Shown: positions 40,220 to 55,312, counted from the stretch's first letter. The stretch is 64,000 nt of DNA from Octopus vulgaris (GCA_951406725.2 OX597825.1:47120001-47184000); one strand, 5' to 3'. Notes: generated by a model not told the origin, from the sequence alone. Numbers and translations are program-made.

Positions 40220-40930
40220 TCTATATATACACACACATACCTCTCACACATCACACACATACAACATACATACATGCACATATACACACACATACTTCCA
40301 CACACATACACAAACGCATACATACACATATACACACACTCACATACACCCACGCGCACACACACATATGCGCGTACACACACACACGTACACAAACGTA
40401 CACACAACCACATACACGCACATAACTCAAGCACACGCGCGTACACACAACAAGATGCACACAACCTGACACACAACTCCAAGTTCACACACACGCACAC
40501 AACCTGACACACATCTCCACGTTCACACATACATATACACACGCACGCACATACACACATGCACACACGCACATACACGCACACGCACATAATACACGCA
40601 CACAAACATATACACACATACATGCACACACACTCCAGCACAGGTTCGCACATATACCTCCAACAAACAATACTCATACAGACACGCACACAATTATACA
40701 CACATGGGCACAGACACACACGCGCATACACGAACACACGCACGTAAGCACACACTCGCACGCACATTACACCTACACAAACTCCAAAAACCACCACACA
40801 CATTGATTAACAGACACAACTACACACACACACACGTGCTATCATTGCACACATACACACCTACACACACACGCACACTCAGACCTGCACTCACGCACAT
40901 ATCCACACTTACACACACATACCTCCTCTT
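40220..40930. repeat. Degenerate CA-rich low-complexity tract
   Basis: Direct sequence. Confidence 0.9.
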
Positions 40931-41059
40931 GCACTCTCCTGTCTTTGAAATAACTTTTTCTTCACCCATTCCCTTCCGGTCATTCAAAATGTGACCGCGT
41001 GTGTACCGTTGGCGATTTTTTCCTCCGTCTTCCCTTCTTTGGATCTTTCCTTTTCCTAT

Positions 41060-41094
41060 GTTTCTGACGAAGAGCTCCGCTCGAAACGTTAAAC
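41060..41094 (+). ncRNA. Minimal type I hammerhead ribozyme motif
   Basis: gttt-CTGACGA-a-gagc-tcc-gctc-GAAA-cg-TT-aaac; palindromic ACGT stem III. Confidence 0.72.
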
Positions 41095-41263
41095 CCTCCT
41101 TCTTTCCTTTTTTCCTGAGCGTCCAATAATACTATACTTGTTCCACGTCCTCGCGTTGTTGTGTTTACTCTTGTTTTTCATGTTTGGATTAACTATATAT
41201 ATATATATATATATTTATTCCGAACGAATAAAAGGTGCATTGTGGTTGAGAGAGGCTCCTTAT

Positions 41264-41345
41264 CTTTCCTGATGAGAAGATTGCATAATGCACCTTTTAT
41301 TCCTTCGGAATAAAAATATGCTGTCTTCGAAACATATGTCGAGAG
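41264..41345 (+). ncRNA. Type I hammerhead ribozyme motif, canonical core, branched stem II
   Basis: ctttc-CTGATGA-gaaga...tcttc-GAAA-catatg-TC-gagag; GUC triplet. Confidence 0.85.
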
Positions 41346-41691
41346 TAAAGGAATTTTGTTAACATCTTCGTTCGACTCCATTCTTTCATTCATTCATATA
41401 CAACACACAAATTTCTACAGAAGAAACCGGAGCTTCTACCCTTGACAGGTCGCTTCAACCGTTTTTTCTGACGTGAATTTGCTACCCAGGTTTCGGTTAA
41501 ACGAATTTTTCATGCTGACGATAAACATAGGTTAATTCATTTACCTACTTAAATATATATATATATATATAAGTGATACTAAGCAATTAAGGGTTTAGCA
41601 ACGAATTGCCTCACCGCAAACCGAATTTAGAAATAGCAGTCAAAGAGTTATAGCTATTCTTTCTACTAAAAGGGAGATCTCAGCAAAATAC

Positions 41692-41815
<124 letters not shown>

Positions 41816-41879
41816 ATATATATATATATACCTGAAAATCTATGAGATGAGTATCGTGTTTGCAATATTGGAGCTACAT

Positions 41880-42330
41880 TTAGAATAAAAAATGCAAATT
41901 CTCCGTTTTTCTTTCAAACATTCAATTTTGGAGAGAAGTTTTTGGTGAATTGTAGCTTCATTCATTTTTGTATTGCGGGTCTTCCTGTGAACATTCGTAA
42001 AGCGGAAAGATTTTGAAATTTCTATCGCTGTATATTTTCACATGCTTGCTTACGTAATTCCTCTTGCCGGTTATGCTGCCTGTGCATTCTCTCACATTGG
42101 CAGAGGGAAGTATTTGTTTCACCAATGTTGTTTTAAGATTTTAAGATTTCTTGGCGTCTACTATTTCGTAAGGAGCTTTTTTTTTCAATCAGATGTTTCA
42201 TTTTGGGGCTTTGTAGAGTATAGGTAAGTTCGATTTTACAGCGTGAAAGATGTTGGTTATCCCAGAACTGTGTGTGTTAACAAACGGAATCATGTGTTCA
42301 TTAATTTTTTACTTAGGTGTCCATAGTTGA
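41880..42330 (-). mobile_element. Decayed PLE C-terminal/GIY-YIG fragment
   Basis: Frameshifted MIPFVNTHS...NLPIL, IGETNTSL...RMHRQH, VSKH and FSPKLN. Confidence 0.6.
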
Positions 42331-42408
42331 GGGAATTAAAAAAGCGATCAAACTACGGACAACTACGGACCAACTACGGAAACCTAAGGAACAAATTATA
42401 CTCATCTC

Positions 42409-42449
<41 letters not shown>

Positions 42450-42560
42450 TTATTATATAGAAGGAGCTTCTACAGGACTAGAATAAATTAATTTTACTCT
42501 GCTATGAATTGAGTACCTTATTTACTGTGGTTAACCCCGAATCAACCCGGGACCTACATA

Positions 42561-42623
<63 letters not shown>

Positions 42624-42632
42624 GTATACATA

Positions 42633-42711
<79 letters not shown>

Positions 42712-43045
42712 ATATAGCATTGGGATATTCTAGCTTTACATATTTTTCTAATTTGCAATTATTGTTTGTTCATGCAAAACATAAAATTGAAAGACACCTT
42801 AAGAAAAGAAAATAATACAATATTTACTGTTGTTTCTGTTCCAATATTTATAGCATGATGCTCATCTCTATAAATTTGGATTTTCTTTTTCTAGTTTGTA
42901 AATATTGTACTAATGATTTTTCTTGCAAAATATGAAATTAAATGAATTTTCACTTACTTTTTCAATACAAAACATCTAAATCACACAGTGTAGACATAGA
43001 TGTATTTCTAAAAGCATGAACTCATGGGCACACATACGCACGCAC

Positions 43046-43097
<52 letters not shown>

Positions 43098-43309
43098 ACG
43101 CACACACGCACACACACACGCACACACACACACACGCATGAACACATACACACATATACATACACATACATGTTTAAAATTTTCATAGAAACTTTCATAT
43201 TCCTTCTAGCATATGAAGAAAAAAGGAAAAAACGGAAAAGAAAAAGGGAAAAATACAAAAATGTTCTCAGTGAAGACAGCACCCCATCCTAGGTGAGATA
43301 TCCGTCCTT

Positions 43310-43390
43310 GAACTCATTTCAATAGAATCGTAAATGACTAAATAAATAAATGAAACTCAAAATTGAAGAGGGTATCCCCCGTCTCTCTAC

Positions 43391-43464
<74 letters not shown>

Positions 43465-43741
43465 CTCTCTCTATCTATCTACCTATCTGTCTGTCTATCT
43501 ATCTATCTATATATATATATTGTCCTGGAATCTCACCCCACGAAACAAAAAGCAAAAACAATATCCTCCTCTTCTAAACAAAATAAAAATGCATCTGTTT
43601 TATATAAATACAAACAACCTGTTTGTATACTCATCAAAAAATCTTATTCGACAAGTTCTAAAAACGAACGAAAGCTTTGATAATAATGACTAATTTAAAA
43701 AATCGTTTTCCAAAATTCTGGCGACCTCCCCTTTACTCAAT
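43310..43741 (+). repeat. Paralog of the Tx1 flanks without the insertion (empty site)
   Basis: Matches 24755-24870, then (TATC)n, then 30945-31170 contiguously. Confidence 0.85.
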
Positions 43742-43772
43742 ATTTTATAAATCTACACCACTTCTAACACAC

Positions 43773-43847
<75 letters not shown>

Positions 43848-44043
43848 CTCTCTCTCTCCCTATATATATATATATATAATCATTACAGATATAGGGTAAA
43901 GAATTATTTTTTGCCTATGTGAGTTGTTGCCTATATTGTTGTCTGTGGCGTGATATTTTGTAGTTAAAAGAATTAGCTGTCTCTTGGCTGCTATTTCTAA
44001 ATTTTCGGTATGTGGTAATGCAACTTGTTGCTAAACCCTTAAT

Positions 44044-44102
<59 letters not shown>

Positions 44103-44103
44103 A

Positions 44104-44424
44104 AGGAGCACTCCGTCGGTTATGACGACGAGGGGCCCAGCTGATACGATCAAAGGAACAGCTTGCTCGTGAAATTAACGTGCAAGTGACTGAGCAATCC
44201 ACAGATACGTGTACCCCTACCGTAGTTCTCAGGGAGATTCAGCGTGACACAGAGTGTAACAAGGCTGGCCCTTTGAAATACAGGGACAACTCATTTTTGC
44301 CAGTTGAGTGGACTGGAGCAACATCAAATAAAGTGTCTTGCTCAAGGACACAATGCGTCGCCGGGAATTGAGCTCACAACCTTACAATCATGAGCCGAAT
44401 GCCCTAACCACTAAGCCACGCGCC

Positions 44425-44425
<1 letters not shown>
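44104..44425 (-). mobile_element. tRNA-derived SINE, full length
   Basis: A box TGGCTTAGTGG and a degenerate B box; homologous to 46709-47038. Confidence 0.88.
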
Positions 44426-44489
<64 letters not shown>

Positions 44490-44514
44490 GCACGCACGCA
44501 CGCACTCACGCACG

Positions 44515-44589
<75 letters not shown>

Positions 44590-44592
<3 letters not shown>

Positions 44593-47290
44593 AATAGTTT
44601 TAAATACAAGTGTTATTCTAATTCTTTTATTTCCGACACATATTTCGAAGATCTCAGTGGTATAATTCCAAAGGAATAAAATAATAAAATGGTGTAAAAC
44701 AATGTAATCTCCCCTTCAGGGAAATTAAAAAATAAAACTCGTCAATAGGACATTTTAACAGAATATGATGGATATGCATAGTGATGAATTGATCGCTATT
44801 AAGTTTATTTAAAAAATTTTTTAGATGATATAACGTCAAAGGTAGCCTGTAGAAAGAGGAGGGTTAAAGGAAAGAAAAATCAGAAATCAAATAAATGAGA
44901 AGTATAGAACGATATGTAAATAAAATAAAATAAACCCTAAAGTCTTGGAACAAGATATATCCAGTGGAAGTGAAATGTAAGAAGGAAATCAATGTTTAAA
45001 TTACATATAACGGTAGATATCACTTATATGAACTAAAGGGGTGTTTCTGCCAAAGTTTACATCGGTAAGTACGTTGTATAACCGTGTTACAATGGGATTT
45101 TTAGAAAAAAAGAATGAAAAGTAGTTCACAATTATAGAGAAGACAGAATTTCTTGCTTTTATCATAAGGGAAAGAAATGGAGAGAATCAACCAATCTAAA
45201 TTACATTGTTTATTATGGTCTTTTAGATACCAAATTCATTTACTAAGCCTTGTACTGTTACGTTTGTTCCTATCCCTAAATGTAGAGTAATGATTAGAAA
45301 TTCCTTTAGATAACTGAGAACTACCTACATAAAAATAGACATCGGTACCTGGAGTAATTTTACACTGGTATATAGAGATTTTAATTTTATAATTACTTGA
45401 CATAAACTTAATTCTATTGGAATTGACTTCAGAGACAATAACCTTGTTATTAATATTTCTAAGGGGATGGATGGGATTAGCTAAATTAATGTTATTATTA
45501 GTAAATGTATTCTTATTTAACAGACTAATATTAAGTGAAGAGATAATTTGTAAGAGATTTTCTGTGTTGGAAAAACCAATCCTAACCGTGTGCGAGTTGA
45601 TAATAGAGTAATCCCTAGAATTCTTTGGAAAATTCCTAATAATAGCTTCCCGAAACTGCAAAGAAAGATTAGATTTAATTTGCCTTCGATAAGGAATAAT
45701 CAACCAAATAGTTTTACTGTTGCCTTATTTTTAGTGTAACTATCTTAAAATGACATCGATTCATCTTTAGAATGAAAAAGGGTTACCTCCCTTCCTCTGT
45801 TTGGTGTTGGCGTATAAATTAAAATTGATATCGTTTATATTCTTACAACTAGATTTCATATCTCCATTAGTAAAGGTAGAATAAGATTGAATGGAACTAA
45901 TGTAACTTTCTCTGTATAACCTGCTTAAGTAAGGCAGAGTTATAAAATTCAGCCTCATCATTGAAAATGTCAACATTAGCAGATAACTTAGACAATCTAA
46001 ATGAAATGTTCTTAACTAAGTTCCTAGTAATTGCCCTCGAATGATTACTGAATTGGCTAATATACTTAAGATTGGTCGATGGTTTGTGGTATGGGAAGTA
46101 CGAATTATTGTGTAAGTTAAGTGTAATATCTAAAAAGTTAGCCTTCGTTACATCATCATCAAAAACGATGCCTAAGCCCTTTCTACGGAAAAAAAACTAA
46201 ACTATTCTTAACCTCTTGTACTTTTTGCTCAGGAACATTTTGAAGGTAAAGTAAACAATCATCACGATATAGACCTCGATTGATGCTTAGGAACTGGTCT
46301 GTCATTTTAATAAAGTATATATATATATATACAGACTAAATCAGCTACTTGTAGTGAATCTGAACTTCCCATCGTAGCATTAAAACCATTGGGTGTGTCT
46401 TTACGGACCCACATCTTATTGTCAAACTTTATGATAGATTTTCTGAAGGTCAACACAGCATTAATTTCTTCCCTGGAGAGACCAGCTTTGTTATGAACAA
46501 GCCAAAGTGCCTTATTAATTACTATTGGGTTGATGGAGGATTAAAAACTAGAAATGTCAAACTGGATAAACTTAGTGCTCCTCTTATTAGTAGTAGAACT
46601 AAACCAGTCGACGACTTGGAATGAATTAGACGATAAACTAAGCTTCAATTTTTTAACTAAGAGCGGAATATATTTATCTAGAATATTTTACTAAGTACAC
46701 CGATGTGTTAAAAAAAAGACTCCGCCGGTTACGACGACGAGGGTCCCAGCTGATACGATCAACGGAACAGCTTGCTCGTGAAATTAACGTGCAAATGGCT
46801 GAGCATTCCACAGACACGTGTACCCTTAACGTAGTTCTCGGGGATAATCAGCGTGACACAGAGAGTGACAAGGCTGACCCTTTGAAATACAAGTACAACT
46901 CATTTTTGCCAGCTGAGTGGACTGGAGCAACGTGAAATAAAGTGTCTTGCTCAAGGACACAACGCGTCGCCGGGAATCGAACTCACAACCTTACGATCAT
47001 GAGCCGAATGCCCTAACCACTAAGCCACGCGCCCTCACACACCGATGTGTACACAGAGCTAGAAGGACAGATAAATCTTAAGGATGGGTTATTAAAACAA
47101 TTTTGTTAATGATCTTTCAAAATAAACCGAGGTTGCTTAGCATCAAGTGGTTCTGCCTTCATCTGTAGGTTATACCTCTCCATAATTTTCTTAGCCTCAG
47201 GGTTAGCTTTCCTGAGTACACTTTTACCGGTAATCCTGTAGTTTTTATGAATTTCTTTTTTAAGCAGTTCTTTCTAAGCTTAATACTTAT
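44590..47290 (-). mobile_element. Penelope-like element (decayed RT and GIY-YIG)
   Basis: FIQFDISSF, FNATMGSSDS, GLYRDD, NFLDITLNL and SIYQCKI...YFYVGSS. Confidence 0.9.
46709..47038 (-). mobile_element. tRNA-derived SINE with a 12-bp TSD, inserted in the PLE RT
   Basis: A box TGGCTTAGTGG, B box GAGTTCGATTCC; TSD acaccgatgtgt at 46697-46708 and 47039-47050. Confidence 0.93.
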
Positions 47291-47412
47291 TCTAGCAATA
47301 TCTTTTGCCGAACGACTAAGTTACGGGGACGTAAACACACAAACATCGGTTGTCAAGTGATGGTGAGGGCACACAAACATATACATACACACACACACAC
47401 ACATATATATAT

Positions 47413-47650
47413 AATTTAAACATTGATTTTCTTCTCACATTTCCCTTCCACTAGATTTATTCTGTTACAAAACTTTAGGTTTCTGTTTCATTTAATTTAC
47501 ATATCGTTCTATACTTCTCATTTATTTGGTTTCTGATTTTTCTTTTACACCATTTCATTCCTTTGGAATAATACCAATGACATCTTCAAAACATGTGTCG
47601 GAAGTAAAAGAATTTGAATAACACCTGCGTTTAACTCTATTTATTTATAT
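47413..47650 (+). repeat. Inverted partial pseudo-LTR of the 44590-47290 PLE
   Basis: Diverged reverse complement of 44872-45002 joined to 44590-44700. Confidence 0.8.
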
Positions 47651-47788
47651 ATATTATACAGAATATATCACACATATCCAGAGTTTCTACCTTTAAAAAC
47701 AAGGTGTTATGCTCTTTTTACTTGTGTGACTTTTTGCTAGCCTGGTAACTGTTTATCTTTTTTTCCGTGTTAATTGTAAGCAAAGGGA

Positions 47789-47853
<65 letters not shown>

Positions 47854-50499
47854 TATGTGTGTTTATGTCTATGTGGGTTACTTTGTTAAGGAGAAAGAAA
47901 ACAATGAACTGAACTAAAGATATAAAAATTGTAGGAGAATGAATAACATCATTAAAGGAAAACTGAATGGGAAATATTTAGATTCTATTTCACTTCATGG
48001 CATAATCTCATGTCAATGTACCATTAATTTGTTAAAGTAACCGACAAGCATGCATTAATTTATGCAAATCGGTTTATCGAATTTTCTGAAGCACCTATTA
48101 ATAGTACGTTCATAAACATCTCAATATAGATTTAAAAACTATACTTGGTCACCTATGAAATCCTAATAGAAGGTCAGAAATAGCTCCAGTTGTCCTCTTA
48201 TTCTCAATCCTCGAAGATATATAAAAGTTAATCAGTTTACTTACACACACACCGGCTATAGATTTCTTCTTTTGTATATCGTAAGATATAGTAATTTTGT
48301 ACAGAATTAGTGTAGATAAATGTCTTATGGATACTTTCTATTTTCAGAGATTACTGGAGTAGTTGACATGGGTATCTTCATTTAAGTTTTGTAATCTTTA
48401 GTTTTCAATTATTGGCTGAGATTCATATTTATCTTCTCAATTATTATGTTTTGTTTCTATTCTATCGTTTTGGGGGTTTAGCAGGGAGTCAAACATTATT
48501 AGGATCTAATCCAGCTTCCCTTGACAGAAACTCAAAACTGAACCGCTTGCTAGTTGAACCCTAATATCTAGACCTTTCAACGGAATATCTTCTGTTGCAA
48601 ATATTCAGGTCTGATATCCAATTTGACGATAACTGCTACATTTCCTTCCGACTGTTTCGAGAATGGAAGGTTAAAACATTTCATGAAGTTGGGTGGTCTC
48701 CATCCTCTGACTAAGCAAGAGAGAAAGAAAGTGGATCTGTTTAGACTTTATCGTTCGGAACATACAGTTCTTGAGTCAATGTCATTATGGTTTTTTCCCT
48801 TGATTTTAATTTCTTCCTTCAACATTATTTATACTTTTGTGTAGCTCAAATGTCCTCTGTCCTATACACACTTGTATAATTCTGCTTGCCACTGGTTCAT
48901 TTTCAGTTGTCTCCCTTCGTTTATATTAGTGTTTAACAAATTGCTATTTTGCAAGATGGAGTGTGAAAGATGTTCCTAATATTTTTTCTCGAAAACTTCC
49001 CTCTAGAATTTTTGGCTGGCACCATGGACTGCTACGAATTATTATTTCCCGAAGCAATAACGTTATTTGACAAAAACTCTTTAATACCCACTATCAAAAT
49101 TTCAAAATTTACTATTCACTAATTTGTGGTTATGATGTAGAACAAAAATTACATTCTTTGTCTTCGGTCTTCTTTTGAAATCCATTGCCTTCCTGCATAT
49201 TGCTTATGCCATTGCCAAAAACAAGAATACCAAAGCTCTTCTATCCATTAAAATATATCATTTTGCTTCCCATACTTAGAGCTAAATATCCAAGATTTGT
49301 AATGTCCTCTCCAGCTCTGTTTCATCAAAAGAGTTAAAGCAATATGTATTGTTATTCTAACTTAATATTTTGTTATGACATCGTAGAGATGCATGATTTA
49401 GGTTAATAAGATTAACATCAGTGTAACTGACGATGAATCAATTTGCATTCATTTGCTGGGAAACATAAATCACTTCATTGTCTTGGGATTTTAAAGAGAT
49501 AAAAGTGGTCTAGATATTAGACAATTATTAGTAGTAGCAGATTATAATTACTATTGTTAGAGGAAATACAACGGAACGTAGCAAGACACAGACTAGCAAA
49601 TATCTTTTGTTTAACCGAAATATCGTCTAATAACATGCAGTTTTCCGCTAATTAACTAATGCCATTTTGCTGTCGCATGATAATTATAATAAATTTATAA
49701 ACTAAGGACTGGCAAAAATACTTGAGTGTCGGATAAAATGCCTAGTGCCGTTTGTTATGGCAGTTTACGCTCTAAGTTCAAACCCCACCGAGATCAAATA
49801 TTTCTTTAATTCTTCTGGAGTCAATAAAATAAAAAAAACAGTTAATTACTAGGCTTAAGTTAAGTCGACTACTGATCAATGCTTATAGGCAATGAACAAT
49901 TATGCGTAGGGTCTGTGAAATTCCGTTATAAGGGTGCTGATCTCCAACTAAGTATATGCACCAATATTTAAAAATATACAAGAGCTCGTACTATTACGAG
50001 TATCAAATACTCATGAGTGGAAACTTATCTTTATTCCCTGCAGTATGAGAGAAATAATTAATTTGAGTGATTGATTAATTAGTGAGTGCAATAATCTTTG
50101 ATACTTGCTTTCGATGAAACATAGTGTTATCAACTTTTGCTGCTAACTTTTGTTGCAATGTTCAATGCTGAATTTGAATGGAATGTGGTAGCAGTATAGA
50201 AGTCTTAGTGCATCTAGACAAGGAATAAGGTTAAAAAGGTAACAAGGAATGAGTTTTTATGAAGTTCGTTAAACAGTTATGTGTTTCAAGTTTCAAGCCA
50301 TATGCGCTGAACTTAGAACCTGTTTCTTCTACTATATATTTGAATTAACCAGAGTATTGTGAAAGAAATTTGGTGTAGAGAAATGAAACATAATGATGGA
50401 TAAAAGAGAAAGATATTAGGAAATAAAATCATTGTTCTCTCACTTTCTTACATATATACGCACAAACACGCTCGCACGCGCAGATACACACACACAGAG

Positions 50500-51480
50500 G
50501 ATGTGAAAAGTATTTGAGGACATATTTGATAACTTAATAAAACAAATCTAATCTAGCGAAAGCCAAATGTATTTCAATAAAATTTTGTGCGTATATTCTC
50601 TATAAGATCTTTGACTAAGTTATTCTGTGAATTCATCTTCGATTCTGATGAGTGCTTCAGTGCTGGTCCGGAATTCTTGACATCACCTCGATAATGGAAA
50701 CCTTCAGAGAAGCTATGTTATTGTGAAGATGTCGATTAGTCTCTCTTTCAACAGTGTCCAAATGTAGTAGTGCATTGGGATTTAAGTTTGGTGGGTTTGG
50801 AGACCACAAGGTTTGTGTTACATGATCGTAATGTAAGTGTTACATCCATTTTTGAGTTAGGTGAGCATTGTGAGAAGGTTCTGAGCCTTCTGTTACCTAC
50901 TTCAGCCATTCAGATTAATAAACGTCTCCAGCACCTCAACGTATACAACTACAAATTCTAAGACACTGTGGAAAATGTGAGTCAGCATGATATGAACTTA
51001 CTTGATACTTATTGTGTCACACTCTGGAGGCATAAGAAGGATTTGAACGTGACTAATCATTTCTCCTGTTTCTTGTATCGAATGTCCTCGACACTGCAGT
51101 TCTGATAGTCCACTTCCATACCTCAAAGTTTTTAGCTCTCATTGATTTTCCCGGATATTTAACGATAATATTTTCAACCTGTTGGATGAATTGCGGTGTG
51201 TTAATAGTGTCCGAACGCTTAGAATGTTTTTTTCAAAAGAACTTTCAACATTTAGAAAGTAATTTCTTAATCGACTTTTTATTTTGTGTTTTAGCATTTT
51301 ATCCGCCATGAGGGATTTGAAATAAATAAATATTTTTTATTGGTTTGAAGATAATTTAGTGTTCAGTAGCTGCCTCTTACAAGAATTGCAGCATTATTAC
51401 TGGGTACTGATAATTAAGACCCCAAAATACTCATCATTATTATCTCAGTAGCTTCAAACATATCAGCCCATACTGAACAA
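50500..51480 (-). mobile_element. Decayed Tc1/mariner-superfamily (maT-like) transposon
   Basis: LWSPNPPNLNP / YYIW / VERETNRH is a degenerate WPPxSPDLNPxDYxxW motif; termini uncertain. Confidence 0.55.
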
Positions 51481-51999
51481 AATTCATAAATAAATAAATT
51501 AATTAATTAATAATATTTCTTTTTGATCATTCATCATAAAATTAAGAAAGATTATTTAAGAACTCTAATCTCAGTAATAACCATTAGTCACGTATGGCAT
51601 TTGGTAAATAAATATAATGAAAGAGACGAATTGGCAATAGCAATCGAATCCATTGAGCATATTTTCCAGTAGCATGACATTTTATTAAGGATTCGTACGT
51701 TACGTTATATAAAACGCGCACCATATCATTGGGCACTCTACTGCACTGCTAAAATTACCAAAATCAAATGCACACTGATTCAAACCATAGAACCAGACGA
51801 GAAATACACTTCAGTCACATCATAATAGAAGGGGTTGGAAAGGGAATTCAACCAATCCAACCGCTTAAAAATAGTATGATCGGCAGGATTTGCAGTTTCC
51901 TTGATAACACTTGACTGCACTCGGCAACACTGTTTTGGTATTACGTGTAAAAAATGAAGGAATAACATCTCTGTTGTAATGTTTCACTAAAATATAGTT

Positions 52000-53280
52000 T
52001 CAATTTCAAATACTTTCACTATGTATATAATTAGATCGTCAAGTATGAAATTTGTAGAGAAGAAAACAGTTTGCTAATGTTTTATAAATAGAAGGAATAG
52101 TTTTATTAATCAAAGTATGCACCCAAATTGTCAGTACACTTTTGCCATTTCAGCGGCAGCTTATCCAACCCGGAACTGTAAAAGCCTGGCAATCTAGAGT
52201 CAACAAAACCTCAGAAGGCCTGTTTTACAGCATTATCGGAATTAAAATTTTCTTCTATCAAAAAGTTATCCAAATTCTGGAAGTAGTGGAAGTAGGGGCA
52301 AGATCAGGTGAGCATGGTGGATAATGGAGAACATCCAACTCCAACGCTTGTAGTTTCGCCATTGTCATTTTAGCGATGTGTGATCTTTCGTTGTCAAGCA
52401 ATAAAATACGAGTGGATCTGTTGACTAATCTCGGTTGTTTGTTTTTCTTTTTGTAAGTTTCTGCATCATTCCGTCCAGTGAGCTGCAGAATACGTCGGCC
52501 ATGATTGATGAGCCAGGTTTAATGAAATCATAATGGATCATACCTGTCCCAGACCACCAAAAGCACACTATCAGCTTCTTTTGATGAATTTTGCTTTTTG
52601 GACTGTGTTTTGGTGGCTCGTCCTTGTCTAACCATAGTGCTGCACGTTTACAGTTGTTGTATTGGATCCATTTCTCATCACATATTACAATTCGATTAAA
52701 AAAATATTCATTTTTGTGACGAGAAAGTAGCATAATGCAGGCTTCCAAACGTTGCTGTTTCTGATTTTCATTGAGTTCGTGTGGAACCCACTTATCTAAA
52801 TTTTCACTTTATCGATTTGAACTAGGTGAGTCAATATTATTTGCTTGCTAACACCAAAGAACAACGATAATTCATGGGCAATTTGAGATGGATCTGACTC
52901 GAAGGTGGCTTTCATTTCGTCATTACCCGCCTTTGTTTCTGGTCGACCGTGTTGCTCATTTGTGAGGTCAAAGTTAACAACGAAATTTTGCAAACCAATT
53001 TGATACTGTCTGCTGTGAAATAACATTAATAATCCATTAATAATCCGAGCTGTTGTGATGCTGTATTTCCAAGAAAGAACTCATATTTCAAAATTGTACA
53101 AATTTCCGACTTATCCATCTCTAAACAAAAATAGCAAAAAACGATTCATAGATAATTTATAAAGCGCAAAATGAGTTAAAATAAAGAAATAAATGTGTCA
53201 GCATTCTATAAAAAAATAAAAATTGTCAAAATATAATAATGGTACAAATGAGCAGGTGTCAAGTTTACCGTATACCTTAC
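52000..53280 (-). mobile_element. Decayed mariner element
   Basis: KWVPHELNENQ, ICDEKWIQYNN and PPCSPDLAPT. Confidence 0.85.
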
Positions 53281-53301
53281 TACAGATTTCATATATATAT
53301 A

Positions 53302-53354
<53 letters not shown>

Positions 53355-53389
53355 GGGTGTGTGTGATTGTGTATAGAAGAATATATTAA

Positions 53390-54140
53390 TAAAAGGAATT
53401 CCAACCTTGTCTGATTTTCACGTTTTATTTACAATCTTATAATGATATAAGATAATATAATATAATAAAATTAAATAAAATAATAGAAGGTTAAATGTTC
53501 ATTCTGATTGAACTAGTACTTTCATGCATTAAATTCTGCAATCTTCAGGTTCATGTAGTAGTGGTGACAGTCATGCTTCACAATTCTTGACTGTAGCAAG
53601 ATGATTGAATCTGTGCCTTAAATACTCCTGTGTGGGCTCCAGAGTGCTAGGTTTTGCAAACTGTATTCTGACCAATCAGTGTGTAGTATCACTCAATTAC
53701 TTAAGCTAATTGGTTGGTTGAGCTGATTGGTTTAGGCGTCACGCTTTGTTGGACATGTTAAGAGGCCTGTATCTTAAGCCTGGCCGAGGCAGCAATTGCT
53801 GGGCTATTTTTAGAAATGTTGTAAATAGCCTTTGTCAGAGATTTTTATATTTTTATATTTCAATTGTCATCATCATCATTGTCAGCACCTTAATTATTGT
53901 TGCTAGTGGTGATGGTGGTGGCAATAGAACTTTTAACCCTAAATAAGATAATTTTCCTGCTATCTAAGTATTATTATTATTATTGCTTATTTAGCTTGGG
54001 TTCGAATTTATCAATAAAATTCTTTTCTCTGATTTTCCTCTCGATTTCACTTGGGCTGTGTAATTTGTAGAATGGAAATATTATATATTAGAGACCCAGA
54101 GGTCCGTCAGATACCTTTGAGTAACCACCTAGCAACATGT
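53390..54140 (-). mobile_element. PLE 3' end/pLTR fragment
   Basis: Weak GIY-YIG C-terminal similarity, followed by a hammerhead-containing UTR. Confidence 0.5.
53509..53553 (-). ncRNA. Minimal type I hammerhead ribozyme motif
   Basis: Minus strand: tgaac-CTGAAGA-t-tgca-gaatttaa-tgca-t-GAAA-gtac-TA-gttca; perfect 5-bp stem I and palindromic AGTACT stem III. Confidence 0.8.
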
Positions 54141-54146
54141 GGTCGG

Positions 54147-54251
<105 letters not shown>

Positions 54252-54385
54252 GTGTGTGTATATATATATCTATATATGTACGTATGTATTTGTGTGTATT
54301 TGAGTCTGTGATTGCCACGCAGTGGGACTGAACCCGTAACCATGTGGTTCGTAAGCAAGCTACTTACCACACAGCCACTCCTACG

Positions 54386-54417
<32 letters not shown>

Positions 54418-54421
<4 letters not shown>

Positions 54422-54630
54422 GTCCTTAAAAGAAAAAGGTGTCAATTACAACATCCATTGGCAGATCTTAGCCAAATGTAAGCCATACACCGACATACGA
54501 ACCTCGGAGGTTTATTATAGCAACCGAATAATTGTCAGATATTGTATTACAGATAAATTGTTTTATTTACATAATATCGAGGTCTCTTTCATACTTTTGT
54601 TGTCATACCATTACTTTAATATACAGATAT
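54418..54630 (+). mobile_element. PLE GIY-YIG/pLTR scrap
   Basis: [23 protein letters not shown]. Confidence 0.6.
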
Positions 54631-54682
54631 ATATGTATATATGTGTGTATATATGGATACATATATATAGGCATATATATAT

Positions 54683-55306
<624 letters not shown>

Positions 55307-55312
55307 TATATG

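Noticed and set aside
42351-42381. Three tandem aactacgga units
   Set aside because: A short tandem repeat without spacers; not CRISPR.
42502-42815. ORFs of [20 protein letters not shown] repeats here and throughout the window
   Set aside because: They are translations of microsatellites, not genes.
46960-47035. tRNA-like sequence with A and B boxes
   Set aside because: It is the head of a SINE with a TSD and a second copy at 44104-44425, not a tRNA gene.
51780-51970. Minus-strand peptide VKCYQGNCKSCRSY after an AG
   Set aside because: It stops within a few codons and no family or splice donor could be assigned.
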